A stretch of DNA of 64,000 bases from Nymphaea colorata (taxonomy: Eukaryota), in the NCBI RefSeq assembly GCF_008831285.2, contig NC_045138.2:43152001-43216000 (forward strand). The letters run 5' to 3'. A program made the translations under genes and the position numbers. Positions 15,034 through 28,360 of the stretch are shown piece by piece; positions within the stretch are counted from its first letter, which is position 1; every line of letters starts with the position of its first letter. Under the pieces are notes generated by a model. The model made no database searches, was not told the origin of the DNA, and was given only the letters and a program-made list of their open reading frames with translations.

Positions 15034-18000
15034 TATTCGCATCACCAAAAAAATTGATTGGTTTTTGGAGTGCTTCAGAAAAATGAAGTTTTATTTTGAA
15101 ATGAGAGAGAAAGGAACTTACCTGTCAGCACGAGGATCGACTGTTACCGGTGGCTTTACCGGAGGTAATCAATCCAAGGGCTATGTTTATGCTTGATGCA
15201 TTTTATTTTTGCTTAAACATTTTTTTTCATTTTGGAAAGTGTTGAAGATTTGATAAGAAAGTTTTAAAGAATCATTTGAGAGTATAAAAGTTTTGATTTG
15301 GGAAACCTTGAATTGGGAAAACATTGTTTGGAAACATTTGAAGATTACATTTTGAAATAAATTTGGTGTTCTCTCAAAAGTTTAAGTAGGCTTGAGATTT
15401 TGCTTTAATTTGGTTACTACCTAGTTAGAGCTCCATCTCATCTTCCTTCAGTTCTTTTAGGGAGGTGCTTGTAATCATAAGTGATGTCAAGTGAATATAG
15501 ATGTATGAATGCATTGATGCTACATGATTGAAAAAATCATTCATTCCTACCATAACATTCATCTAGGAGCATTCCTACCATCACATACACGTAAGTTTCT
15601 CATTTTTATTTTATAACATTATCATAAATATTGTTATAAAAAGAGAAAAGTTTTTGAAAATGGAATGAGGTTGTAGACCATCAAACATGATTCCAATATT
15701 AGGTCATCACTTGAGTTTTAGTCTTGATGAAGTCCGCAAATATAAAATTAAAATCTTAAATCATAAAAAAAATATTTGAAAGAATGGAAAATATGAAAGA
15801 CTTTCATGGAGAGGAAGAGGGAAAATGGGAGAGAAAATGAGATCACAAAATAGAAGATTTGTAAAAAGCGAGAGAGATACGTATACATATACATACTTAT
15901 ATGTATATATGTACATATGTATACATATATGAAAGTTATATTAAAAGGAAGTATTAAATCGAATGGAGAGGGAGAAGAAAATTTTAGAAAAAGAGAGAAA
16001 GAGAGAGATTTTAGAGAAAAATAGATTTTAGAGAAAATGAAACTCTAAAGAAAGAGAGGGAGAAAGAGAGAGAAAGAGATACACATATATATATTCACAT
16101 GTACGTGTATGAGAATTTGTGAAAGAATGTGTTAAATCATAAAAAGAGAATGACAAAGAGAGATAGTTATGTGCACATATACATATATAACATGTGTATA
16201 TGTATATGTCTTCGTGAGAGTTAAAATCAAGAAATGATTTGAAAATATCATACTCAATTTTTATGTAGGCCAGAGAGGAACTTGAGCTCATGCAAGAGCC
16301 TAAGTTAAGTCTCCAAGGATGCATTGATGAGGGTTTTTGCTTTCTCAAATCTTTTGGAAAATATGATTCTAATGTTTTTGTATGTGAACATAAAAAACAT
16401 TATTAGTTTCTTTGTTACAAGAGAATATATTACTTCCACCGTTGGGTATGGAAGAAAATCAAACATACATGAAATGAAGAATAACGTAGGAAAACACTCA
16501 TTGGGTTCCCTAATCGGTTCATTAAGAAAGAAACTAAGTGTGAGAATGACATGAATAATGCATATTAACATGTACAAATTTGTAAAGGGTTTTCTTGGAT
16601 TGGACAAGTCGCAACCTCAAAAATCAATACAAAAATAAAGAACCCAACCCAAACACTCATTCTCACCGTGCATTTGCTCATTAATTAAGAAAAATTAATA
16701 CATCATGCATGAACATCATTTCAAGTATAAATGATGAATAAAACAATATAACAAACATATTTTTGAAAATAAATGAGGAAATGAAATTTATTTCGCCTTG
16801 CTTATGCTCCCGGTGCACTCAAAATGTAGCTCTTGATTTTGGATAAGAAATCATTTGAGCTTTTTTGCACAGCTATAGGGAGATGGCAAGATGAAATGAA
16901 AATAAAATGGAATAAAGATTACGAATATAGATGAGCCTCTGCCTTTGAATGATCTTAGTATTGCCTCGGATGAAACTCCAAGATGATGAAAATATCCCTC
17001 CAAGAGGTCTCCTCGTGATCTCTTGAAAAGTTTGAACTTGGAGAACCTTGCTCTTAAGGTTAGAAGAGAAGAAGAAAGAAATGGAAAAAGGGAGCTCAAG
17101 AAAAATCTACATTTTAAGTGAAGAAACAATGGAGGTTCCCCAAATGATAGGTCATGCCCAAGAGGGAGGATTGTGGGGTATATATAGAGAGTTTTGGAGC
17201 CAAAATTCAAAAGTTAAATTTCTTGAAATTTAACAAGATTTTCATGTGAATTTCAAGTATTTTTTATTAATTCTAATTTATTTTTAAAATAGGCTTTGAC
17301 TAAGTGGGATTGGCTACTACCCCTGCAAACACCTTTTTGGGTAGGGCTAGTGCCCACCCAGCTAGGCCAAAACCGCTCCCCAATGGGTGGTTTAACACTA
17401 AAATGGGGGCTTGCGGCGCCGATTTGGTGCCTAAACGCGTGCGCGGGGCCTAAATTGGCCACATGCTAGGCGCAGTTGCGCTACAGCACGTCAGGCATTG
17501 GCGCATCGCTTGACGAACGAAACGCCGGGCACACCATTGTGCGCAGCGATCAAATTTTTTTTTTAAAAAATCAAATCAAACAAAGTAAAATGAAACAAAT
17601 AATTAAATAAAAGCTGGTTAATAAGAAAGCATAAAACTATTTTTTAATAAAAATAATTTTTGTTACAAATTGGAGGCCGACTCCATTTTGAGTAACTCCG
17701 GGCTCATTTTAAATCCGGATCGAGCTCAATTGGTTGCCAGCGTGTTCTAGAGAGTAATTTAAGCTCAAAAACACGTTTTGGCACGAAGACAATATTTAAA
17801 ACAAAGGGAAGGTTAGCGCGGGCGCATGCGACGCTCGATAGCATCAAATTTTATCATTTTGATCTTGGCTTTGGATTTTGAGTTTGAAATTCTTGATTTG
17901 GATCTAAAATTGGGTTTTGGATCTAATTCAGATTCAAGAGTTGGATTTTGGGTTTGAATATTGCATCTAAAGTTGGGTTTGAATTTGAATTTTGTGTTTG

Positions 18001-18163
18001 GGATTGGACGACAGTTTAGAAATTAATTCTAGATTGAATAGTCGTAAATTTATTTTGGATCTAGGATTGGGCTTAAGGCTTACGAAGTAAATCCATATGA
18101 AATAATTGAGATTTAAATGAAAATGAAATACACCCCTCTTTGAAAAAATTAGGGGTGATAACA
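15034..18163. mobile_element. Probable ~3.1-kb solo LTR of a large Ty3/gypsy (Ogre/Tat- or Tekay-like) element inserted in the copia LTR
   Basis: Right end ..CACCCCTCTTTGAAAAAATTAGGGGTGATAACA. Left end TATTCGCATCACCAAAAAAATT is a degenerate inverted counterpart. Near-TSD CAAAG (15029-15033) / TAAAG (18164-18168). The flanks rejoin as continuous LTR-like sequence. No coding domains recognised. Confidence 0.6.
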
Positions 18164-19259
18164 TAAAGCATGTGAATAGTCACCCTTTATATAGAGGGTG
18201 ACTACACAAGAAGCCTTAGAACTAGACGTACGGCTAGAATCTAGCCGTTGGAACTAGTCAACTGAAAAAACGGTCAAAACAAAAAAGAACTCAGAAAATA
18301 AGAAACAAGGAAAATACATAAAGAAAAGAAAAAATTACATAAAGATCCTAAGTAAGAGGACGTTCTAACAGCTTGTATAGTTGTTGGTAGAAGCAGCATC
18401 GAAGCATAGCAAATCAAAGCTTGGATGTTAACTAGATGTTCTACAGATAGACGGCTTCTCATTCAATCGGGTCAGGTTTGTGTCCAAATTGTCTCACTGA
18501 GCAGGGAAGAAAATTCGTTGCATACAGTGTGAAAAACCAAACTAGGCAGACCTGGTGCACAGGCACAAAGATGGTGCTATTCAACTCTTCCCTGAAACCT
18601 ACTTCCTCCACAACCTGTTGTGTGCTATTCCAGCTGACAAGTGGAACTCAATTTGTTAGTATCCAACCAAAAATTTTGGCTTAATTGAATCAAAAGTTGC
18701 TGTTAGGGAAGACAAGGTTTGCTAAGCGGCCTGCTGCTATTGCTGCAGCAGCCCATCTCCTTGTCAGCAGCTCACTTGACCCATCGATGGAAATTCTCTC
18801 CTTACTTCTTGACGTTTTTCCTGAACACTCCTTGCCTTGGATCTGGTTTTTTGTTGGTCACAGTAATTCTATCTGATTGGTAGATTGGTATATTCCTCTT
18901 TTATCCAGGTTAATATTTTTATTAATTCAATCGGAGGCATAACCTCCAGCAGGATCGTTTCGGCATGTCTGATGGTGCCATTAAATCCTGTGTCATGTAC
19001 CTAAGTTTTACCGTCAATTCATGGTGTTTTTTTTTTAATCTACTGTAGTTTAACTATTCTTAATGTTTAGCTGAAATTGAATTCACAAGTTTCATGAAAA
19101 ACCTGGTTTTTTCATCTAAACAAAAAGCCATTTTCAAAAGTAGAAGCCCGGATTAAATGTTTTCGTCCAAACAAGCAAACCAGGTTTTCAAACCTGGTTT
19201 AGAAAACAAGGTTTACACAAAGCCTCGTTTCTTTATAACTAGGTTTTAAGGGGTGTCAT

Positions 19260-19530
19260 TAGGGATGTCAACGGATCAGATTCAGATCAAATATCCGTCC
19301 AAATTGCTTTTAAAAAATCGGATATGGTAAGCAATTTAACATTTGATTAAGAAAATCAGATTAGATTCGGATTAAGAAATAACATCCGAACCATGAGAGC
19401 TGATATGTAAATCCTGTAGCCTAATATTTGAATCCGAACCGCGAGATCTGATATCTGAATCCTGGAGCCTAATATCCAAATCCGAACTGCGAGAGTTGAT
19501 ATCCAAATTCTATAGCCTAATATCCAAATT
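19260..19530. mobile_element. Left end of a hAT-type element with subterminal repeats
   Basis: TAGGGATGTCAACGG terminus followed by ATCCG(A)-rich motifs and about three copies of a ~48-bp unit (..TAGCCTAATAT..ATCCGAAC..). No right TIR found. Confidence 0.55.
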
Positions 19531-21885
19531 GAAGAGAGCTTGAGTTGATGGCCGTAGGTTTTGAAGTTCCAACCTCTGACAATGGTAGGATGTTTGAGCA
19601 AAAGGTGTAAACAAGCGCACTAACTTAACATCATAACACAAGAAGAATATAAATATTATATATAAGTATAGTCTCACTTAGAGCTAATGACATCTATAGA
19701 GTTGCATGTAATAATACCCCTATGAAAATCATATACACCATTTAACTTAAAATATTTAAAACTATATCATATAAAACTAATTAATTAATTAAATAATACT
19801 ATGTTTAGTTAAACATTTATGCGTAACTATTATAGTTAAGGCATCAACTAAGTAGGATACCTTAAATAATATATTTATTTAATTACAAATAATAAAGAAA
19901 ACTTCAATCAAGAAATTCAACAAAATGGAATTTTTAAAAATATGAAAAGGACACTTTGAGAGCAATAATTTTTTTAATGGACCGTTATGTCAAATTGGTT
20001 CCAAGAATAGCTATGTTATATATTTAAAAAATGGCATGTTTCAAAAAAAATATTGGCACGTATGAAAAAAAAGTTGATAGCAAAAAATATACTTTTTTAA
20101 AAAACCAACTTAAAAGAAAATATGTTTTATAATAAATAGAAAACCTTAAACACATTATGATATTCATTTTAAGTTGAAAGCGTCTTCACTATGCATAATC
20201 TCAAATAAATATATTTAATATGAATAAACTGTTGAACTCATAAAAAAGTTTTATTTATCAAATTATCAATTTACTTATTTAATCAATCAAGTAAATTATT
20301 TAGTATAATCATTTAATTTATCCAAAAGTCTTAGGTATTTGATATGTAACACATAATTCACAAATTTGAAAACAAAAACCTTTAACTAGTAGGAAAATAA
20401 CAAATTGTTTGATTTAATAAATTATCTTATATGTCATGGATTAAATATATAATTTTATGTAAAAAAAAACACCTATTGTAATGAACGCAAGATGACTAAT
20501 AAATTATCTGATATATCATTAAACATTATTTTTATGGATGTGACACAAATTATTTCAATTAACTCAATGAAATGAGAAAAAATTATTAAATAATATCTTT
20601 TTTGAAAGAAAAATAATATGGTCACCTGATTTAATAATTCGCAACAAGTGATCATCATTAAATAATAATTTACACAATTAAAATATGTTATTATTTAAAA
20701 ATAAACCAATCAATGTTTAATATGCAAAATTATTATGAAAAAAGTACAAAAGTCAAACATACTAGTCAAAAAAAGAGAATTGGTCAATATAAAGCAATTT
20801 ATAGTCAAATTCACTAAAAAAAATAGTTATATGAATTTACTAGATAACTATTGAATCAATGAACGGATAGGTGCAAACTCTAACGTATTTGACCCGTCAA
20901 AAATGTTGTTAACCGTCGATTTGACCCATAAAAATAAAGAAAAAAATAAAATAAAGTTTTTTTAGTCGTTTGCTATTAATTCGCATGCTTCTATCAGCTC
21001 TCTTCCTCAATTATCAATATTGACAAAATCAACTCTGTGACCCAACTGGTGAGGTAAAACTCAAATCTCATTTATAATGAGTACAACACCTTGACTCCTA
21101 TCTTGCCTTAACCACTTTAGTCAACTTGTTGTGCATTTATGCTATATAGGTTCCAAATGTAGTCTAGTCTGCTAGGAAATTAAGTTTAATATATATATAT
21201 ATAAATTATATATAATTGGTTTCTGGTTAGATAAAAGCTAAAGTGGGGACTCAGGTCGAAGCGCAACATAACCAAGAGAACAATTCCTTTGAGGGACGGG
21301 CAGACACAAGCGGATCTCTCCAATATGTCTACCCCCTCTCTCAAACCTTAGTCGGCTTTTAATGCACGTGCACATTAGATATATATGCCACTAACTATAA
21401 TAATATTTAAGCATTTGTTTGGATGACATCCTCATAAGGAACTGTTTTGAAAGAATTGGATATGTGAAAAAATAGTTTTTTAATTACTTTTTAATAATTA
21501 GTTCATATGTTTTTAGATGACACACTTAAACTCATTTCTTTAAATACCTAGGGTTAGGAATTGATCAAGGATTTTTTTGTTGCAAGAGTCAAGTGAACCT
21601 ACAACATAATTTTCCAATTTTTTTTATATATGATAAACTTACCAATTGTTTCGAAAGTACAACTATTAAGATATAAATTTGTAAGACGAAATTAAATAAT
21701 GACTAGATTTGTCAACTATTTTAAGTCGGATATGAAATTGAAATTAGAAAACCACCAAAGTGGTTTTTCCCTTTACACCCAATTGGAGTTGTGGCTTAGG
21801 TCAAGCTGTATAAGACCTGATTTAAAATTGCAATAGAGGCTTCCCGCCCGTTCCTTTTTTCTTCTAAAAACAATTCTTTCTATTG

Positions 21886-21971
21886 TCATGCAAGTTATTG
21901 AAGATTATTGGTTTTTTCATGCAAGTTATTGAAGATTATTGGTTTTTTCATGCAAGTTATTAAAGATTATT
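21886..21971. repeat. Tandem repeat, 31-bp unit x ~2.8
   Basis: TCATGCAAGTTATTGAAGATTATTGGTTTTT starting at 21886, 21917 and 21948. Confidence 0.9.
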
Positions 21972-22888
21972 CGTTGTTTACCTATCATTTCTTCTTCCAT
22001 ACACCACCCAACAGCAAAAAAGAACCTCTGCGGTGCTTTTTCCCTACACCGCGTGAAGAAGAAATGCAGACCTCCACGGTTGTTCTTCTGCACGGCGCTA
22101 ACACCACCGGCAACCATTTGCCTTGATATTGCTCAGACAGTATCTCTGGTGTGTTGCGGTTCCAACGGACCCAAGCTCGACTGGAACGAAGGTCTGAGCT
22201 GGCCGTAATAAACCAAACCCTAGCTGCCTATATGTTGTCCCCGTGACGCCCTTCCCCTATTCGCATGAAGGAGAGACACAGACCTCCGCCGTTGTTGTTC
22301 ATCTGCATGCCATTGTTTCCACTGGTGACCATTCACCGAGAACTTGCTCAGATCACATCCCCCGGGTGTTGCGCTTCTCACCGACCCGAACTCGACCAGA
22401 GTGGATGTCAGTGTCGGCCGAAATCACGAGATTCCTGTCCGCTTGTCTACTGTTCCTAAGGTTCCCTTCCTCTGCAGTTCTTGAGGTGCCCTTCCCCTGT
22501 TGTTCCTGAGGCGCCCTTCCCATTGATTATTGCACAAGGCAGCTTTCTACCTTCCTGTTACTTGAGTCCTTTACTTCAATAGCACATGTATGCCTTTTCT
22601 GCTAGGTTGCAGTTGGAATACAAGCTTATGAAGCATACAAAGTTGTTGTCCTTAATTTTTTTTGTTTTTATTTTCTCAGTTCTCTTGAACTTGATCTTTT
22701 TAGATCATGTGACTGTAGATAGTGGAAGATCTTTTGTTTTTTTCTGTATTTTTTAGATTCTGAAATGCTTTATTTTCCCTATATAGTAGGGCGAGTAAAA
22801 CACTCTAGAATATGACTTATTTGTAGGGGAAAAATGGTATAGCTTTGATGACAGCCATGTTTCTCTAGTTAGTACAGATGCAATTAGG

Positions 22889-24056
22889 TAGGGCTGCACA
22901 TCGAGTCGAACCAACTCGGGCTCGACTCGAGCTCCACTCGTTTTTATTTGAGTCAAGCTCAATCTTGAATATAAACTCAAGTATGTTAACGACCCGAGGT
23001 CGAGTTAGACAAACTCGACTCGGCTCGACTTTAATCTCTATTTTCTCTTTTCACGTTTTTATTTTCCTTTTTTTTTTGTTTTGTATTTTTTAATTTTCCC
23101 TCATTTTTTTCTCTCTTTACCCACGTGCCACATTTTCTTTTTTTTTTCATTATTAAACCCCAATTTCATCATTACACTTTCCAATCAATCAATCACCATT
23201 TCCATTTTCCCTCCTGTTTTTCTCTTTCCTCACAAAGTTCGTGTTCTTTTTCCTTCTATTTTTCTCTTTTCTCACCCACACTTTTCCTTCCCACCTTTAA
23301 GCACTTCTCATGGCAGGTGCCATTACCGAGGACATCACCATAGTCAGTGTGGAAAAGCGTGAGTGAAGAAGAAGCCTTGCACTACTAGAGCTCGACTCGA
23401 GCTCCACTCGCGTTCTATTTGTCTAACTCGACTCGAGCTCCACTCGTTTTTATATGAGTCAAGCTCAATCTTGAATGTAAACTCAAGTATGTTAACGACC
23501 CGAGGTCGAGTTAGACAAACTCGACTCGATTAAACTCGACTCGGCTCGACTTTAATCTCTATTTTCTCCTTTCACGTTTTTATTTTCCCTCTTCTTTTTG
23601 TTTTGTATTTTTTAATTTTCCCTCATTCTTTTCTCTCTTTACCCACGTGCCACATTTTCTTTTTTTTTTTCATTATTAAACCCCAATTTCATCATTACAC
23701 TTTCCAATCAATCAATCACCATTTCCATTTTCCCTCCTATTTTTCTCTTTCCTCACCAAGTTCGTCGTTCTTTTTCCTTCTATTTTTCTCTTTTCTCACC
23801 CACACTTTTCCTTCCCACCCTTAAGCACTTCTCATGTCAGGTGCTATTACCAAGGACACCACCACAAAAAAGGCGCTGAAGAAGAAATAAATGAGTCGCT
23901 CGAGTCGAGCTCGAGCTCGGCGGCAGTTTCTCGAGTCGAGCTGGAGTTGAAGATGTGAAGCTCGTGTCGAGCATGAGTCGAGCTTGAGCTGACTAAATAT
24001 GAGCCGAGCCAAGCTCGAGCCGAGCTCGAGCTCGACTCGGCTCGTGTGCAGCCCTA
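22889..24056. mobile_element. Non-autonomous hAT element (1168 bp) with an internal ~430-bp duplication
   Basis: Perfect TIRs TAGGGCTGCACA / TGTGCAGCCCTA and a perfect 8-bp TSD CAATTAGG (22881-22888, 24057-24064). CTCGA/TCGAG subterminal arrays. ~22920-23340 is repeated at ~23425-23860. Confidence 0.95.
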
Positions 24057-24841
24057 CAATTAGGACTTTTGTTGCTTATGTGATGTTTTATAGACGGCTC
24101 AAAAAAGATACAGTTGCAGGCAAAAGTAAGGAGCAAAATTCAACTGAACGACCAAAATGATTGAGAACTTTTCATTGGGCATTAGTATTGGCCTTCTCAT
24201 TGAAGCTTGAACTGATGTTTCGAATATTCTTTTGCCATTTTGGAGACCCCGTAGCCATCCCTCCCTGGTCGTCACCTAGTGAGGAAACTGTGTTCCTGGC
24301 AAAATTTGGGAGTACCATACTCTACTAAAGCGCGAGGCCAGCATGGCCAAGACATGGCATTTTCATGTTCGATGGGGAATAAAGGATGGGAACGAGGAAC
24401 AGGGACAGGGTTTCTAAATTTTGCTCTGAATGATATTATATTTTTTAAAGATCCTTCCAATGGTGGGCTGGGACTAATTTTATTGGCGGTTAAATAGTGA
24501 ATTTAATGATATTAAGGGAGGGGGAGAGAGAGAGAGAGAGTGTGTGTGTTCTATCCAACTGTTGTCATCTGTCAGGACTCACTAGAACTAAGTAGATCAA
24601 CTAGTCATGTCGATGAATGTTTGAAGGCCTTAATATTGATTTCCCAGTTGACTTTGTCTTTAATGGTATCATTTTTTCCTTCTGCTTTGATGGGTATTCT
24701 CCTTTTGTATCTGAAATTGTTTCCATAACTAATAAGCAGTAATTGATTTTGTACATAACCCTATTAAAATCTTTATGCTTCATTTCCTGACCTTGATTAT
24801 GTTTCCTGATCATGTGTTGAATGGTGTTATTGTTGTTACAG

Positions 24842-27356
24842 TCGGAAGTTGGAGCTAGTAACAGCTTAAAAGTAGCAGATGCCATCAATGACAGGGATGC
24901 TAGCAACAAAAAAAAATTTTGAAGATGCTATGAGAGGGAGTGCTGAGGGATTTGGTGCTGAAGCAAGTGTTATGTCTGACAACAGCTCTAGTAATACAGA
25001 ATCAAGGTATGAGTTTCACCTTTTCTTAGTTTCCTTTTCTTCGTTATTTAGATTCTACAATCTTACATTTTCTTCCTTTGCCAGTAAATAGTAAATGATC
25101 TTCTTCAGAGAGTAAGATTGTGGTAAGAAGAAAGGAAGTGACTAACCCATTATGGGCAGTGATGAAGGCTTTCCTCCTGAGTGCCTTCAACAAGCTTTGG
25201 ATGGAGTGATGCAGGTGTCCTCAAAACATTAACACTAAAAGAGAAGCCTTTGCTTTTTAGTTCTTTTAAAAATGAGGGCAAATAGTGAGTGTTGTTTTCT
25301 ACTCATTGTGCTTAAGTGATCTTTGTGTTTGATATCTTCTATGTAGTTGATCCTCATGAGCTCTTCATTAGAGGCAATACCATTCTTCTTGGTTGCTGAT
25401 GACTTCAGGTTTCTGGTTACAGGAAATGTGACCGCTTATACTGTTGTACTTTCATAGGATTCCAGTGTTCATATTGCATCCTCCAAACTCTTCCGTTTTA
25501 TTTTGTTTGTGGGTAAGCCCTGTGGAATATCTATTGTATATCACCATGTTGCCAACTTCATGATAGAAAGTCATTTAGATTATATTCTTGTTTTGACTGA
25601 CTAATGACATGTTTATTGGAGTTAAAGCGAATTCAGTTAGATATTGAAATGTTTGATGATTACAAGTGTGAGCTAAAGGTATGCTTAGTATGGTGTGAAA
25701 GAGAAATTCGTATGTGCTACTGATTCAACTAGAACACATCTTTAGTGGTCTAGTTAGGCCATATATCTTTAGTGGTTTAGTCAAAGTTTTCTACTTTTTA
25801 TATATGCAGTTTATGGATTCTACAACACCTGATGCCAATGCTTCTAGTTTTATCTATGCTAATAATATAAAAACTGACATGATTCTTACAAAAGCTAAGT
25901 CACTAAGATCAGCTATATGAAAGGAGTTTAGTCAAAGTTTTGGAGAAGATTAATGGGAGGATTAGTCTCACATCTAACATGTGGACTTCATCTTGTCAGA
26001 AACGTGGTTATTTATGTTTGACTACACATTATATTGATTATAGTTGGGAAACAAAAAAGAATGTTCTCAACTTTGTTATGGTTGAAACACCTCATACAGA
26101 AGAAAAACTTGCATCAGTCATAAAAGATTGTCTACTAAAATGGAACATTGATCGCAAGTCATTTTGAATTACATTAAATAATTGTTCGACAAATGATATC
26201 ATGGTTACAAAATTGATAGAGTGGCTTCTTGAAAAGGATGCACTTGTTTGTAACGAAAAAATTTTTCAAGTTAGATGTGCTGCTCATACTTTTGATTTGG
26301 TTGTACAAGATGGTATCAAAGAAATAAGTGATGTGAATGACAAGAACAGAAAAAGCATAAAATATATCAAGGCATCTCCAGCTCGATGTAAAATTTTTGA
26401 TCGAGCAGTGCATCATGTCAAAGTTACTTATGAAAAAAAGTTATGTCTTGATGTTCCAACTAGATGGAACTCAACATTGCTTATGCTTAATGTAGCTTTA
26501 CAATATAAAGAAGCTTTTGGTCATTTTCAAGAACTTGATCATCACTATCATTTGACACCGACTAAGGACGAGTGGTAACAGTTTAAAAATATTTTATGAT
26601 GCTACTAATGCCATTTCTGCAATCAAGCATCCAGCTTCTAATATCTTCTTTAAAGAGTTTTGTGAGATAAAGATGAAAGTTGAAAAAATGTGTTCAAGTT
26701 CAGATATTTGCCTTTCAAATACGGCAATGAGGATGAAAACAAAGTTTGACAAGTATTGGGATATATACAATTTAATTTAGCTGTTGCAATGGTTTTTTAT
26801 CCTCATTATAAGATGAAAATAATTGACTTTTATTATGGATAATTTTATAAGGGTAAAGCATATGAATATATATCTGCGATTAAGAACTACCTTTGTGATC
26901 TTTATGATGAATATAAAGTTACTTATGTATCGAAGACACTCTCTACTCGTACTGGTTATATAGTTGATGTTGGGAATTATAATAATGCATTTAGCTTTAC
27001 TTATTTAATTGAATTTTCTTCTAATAACAAGCTTAGAACGAGTGCATTAGATGACTTTCTTGAAAAATCATTACAAAACCAATACACAAAATCAGATTTG
27101 AAGTTGTATTTGGAAGAGCTCATTTATCCAAAAAACAATCTGACATTTTGACATGGTGGAAGGTCAATACACCTAAACACCCTGTGTTATCTACAATGGT
27201 ATGTGATATTTTGGATATTCCTATATCAATTGTTGCATCAAAGTGAACATTTAGCATATGTGGACGTATTCTTGATTTATATAGAAGTAGATTAGGTACA
27301 AAGACTGTGGAGGCTTTGATTTGTGCATAAGATTGGTTGTGGGATCAGGCTAAAGG
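24842..27356 (+). pseudogene. Decayed hAT transposase (RICESLEEPER/DAYSLEEPER-like) with putative upstream exons
   Basis: Motifs ISLTSNMWTS..RGYLCLTTHYID, RCAAHTFDLVVQDG, LDVPTRWNSTLLML, MKTKFDKYW and a C-terminal dimerisation region (WWKVN..K.PVLS....DIL.IPISIVAS..). Multiple stops and frameshifts. AG/GT-bounded in-phase exons at 24842-25006 and 25109-25214 precede the main exon at 25810. Confidence 0.85.
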
Positions 27357-27779
27357 TATTTACTTATTATTAATGCTTTGAAGCATATTTTTGTGTTTTT
27401 TATTTTATTCTCTTGTTTAATGATTCCGATTTGCCTAAACTTTTGCCTGAAGAGGAATCACCATTTGCATCTGCATATATTAAATCTCTGATTCATAAAT
27501 TAGAAGTATATATTCTTTTGTACTTATTTGTTTTCAGTACATCAATTAAAACCTACAGTCATTTGTGTCTAAGATGTTCATTTAATTAAAATTTTCATTT
27601 GTATAATGCAGGTTAATTTGATAGTATTATCCGCAGGACCTTAATATAGTATCAACATGGTTGAAGTATATATCCAAATAGAAAGATCATATTCACTACG
27701 GCAAACTGAGGCATTGAAACAAAAATTTTGCAACCTTGTACTATATGGTGAATCACATTGTTATTTATAGAATCACTTT

Positions 27780-28360
27780 CCAATCTCCAAATTGGTTGCC
27801 CAATCCTTCTTCAACATTGGCCGTAATTTTTTTCTACCAGATTTCTAAACCTCGCCCACTTTTCTGCTATTTTTCCCCCAAAAATGGTCCATTTTCTGAA
27901 AATCGCCCATTTACCTAAGTTTTCCAAAACTAGTTGGCTTTTCTGCCAGTTTTCTAAAACCGAAACATTTACCGCAATTTTCAAAAGCTCACCTGTTTTC
28001 CTGATGTTTCTCAAAAACTGGCCAATATCTTTTCCCATTTTTCTAAAATAGGCATAGTTTCTTGCCTGTTTTCTAAAGCTAGCCCATTTTTTTACGAGTT
28101 TCCAAATTGGTCATTCATTTCGACCTGTTTTCTGAAGTTGGTTGTTTTTTTTCTCTACTATATTTATTAAACTAACCAATTCCCATCCTAGTTCTCCAAA
28201 TGTGGCTAGTTTCTTGAAACTAGCAAATCTCCCTGCTGATTTTTTGGAGCTGGCTAATTAGTTTTCTGCATCAGTTTTCCATTGTTGGTCTATTTTCCTA
28301 TCTAGTTTTCCATAACTGATTTACTGTTCCAGCTTAGTATCCTGAAACTAGTCCATTTAC
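27780..28360. repeat. Degenerate minisatellite-like array of ~20-25-bp units
   Basis: Recurrent GTTTTCT(A/G)AAA(A/C)T(G/A)GC(C/T)-like motif. Confidence 0.55.

Larger units (their letters stand above)
11380..18370 (-). mobile_element. Old, truncated Ty1/copia LTR retrotransposon (5' LTR, PBS, gag), interrupted by two nested insertions
   Basis: Minus-strand gag start MDEKVSSLTFPKFSLTNYIQWAKTMEHFVYSKNLWGVIDG (12238-12465) and a degenerate zinc knuckle (..GHIKPKCP, ~11630-11690). PBS-like TGATATCAGAGC at 14914-14925. LTR from 14926 (tgtaaac..) to ~18370 (..ttctaaca), with a minus-strand TATA (ctatataaag) near 18190, once 15034-18163 is removed. No 3' LTR or pol was recognised, so the left boundary is approximate. 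Confidence 0.7.

Noticed and set aside
22889..24056. CRISPR-like appearance of CTCGAG/CTCGAC palindromic repeats (also 48085-48240, 54790-54930, 62489-62955)
   Set aside because: No constant repeat with unique spacers and no cas genes. These are hAT subterminal repeats bounded by TIRs.
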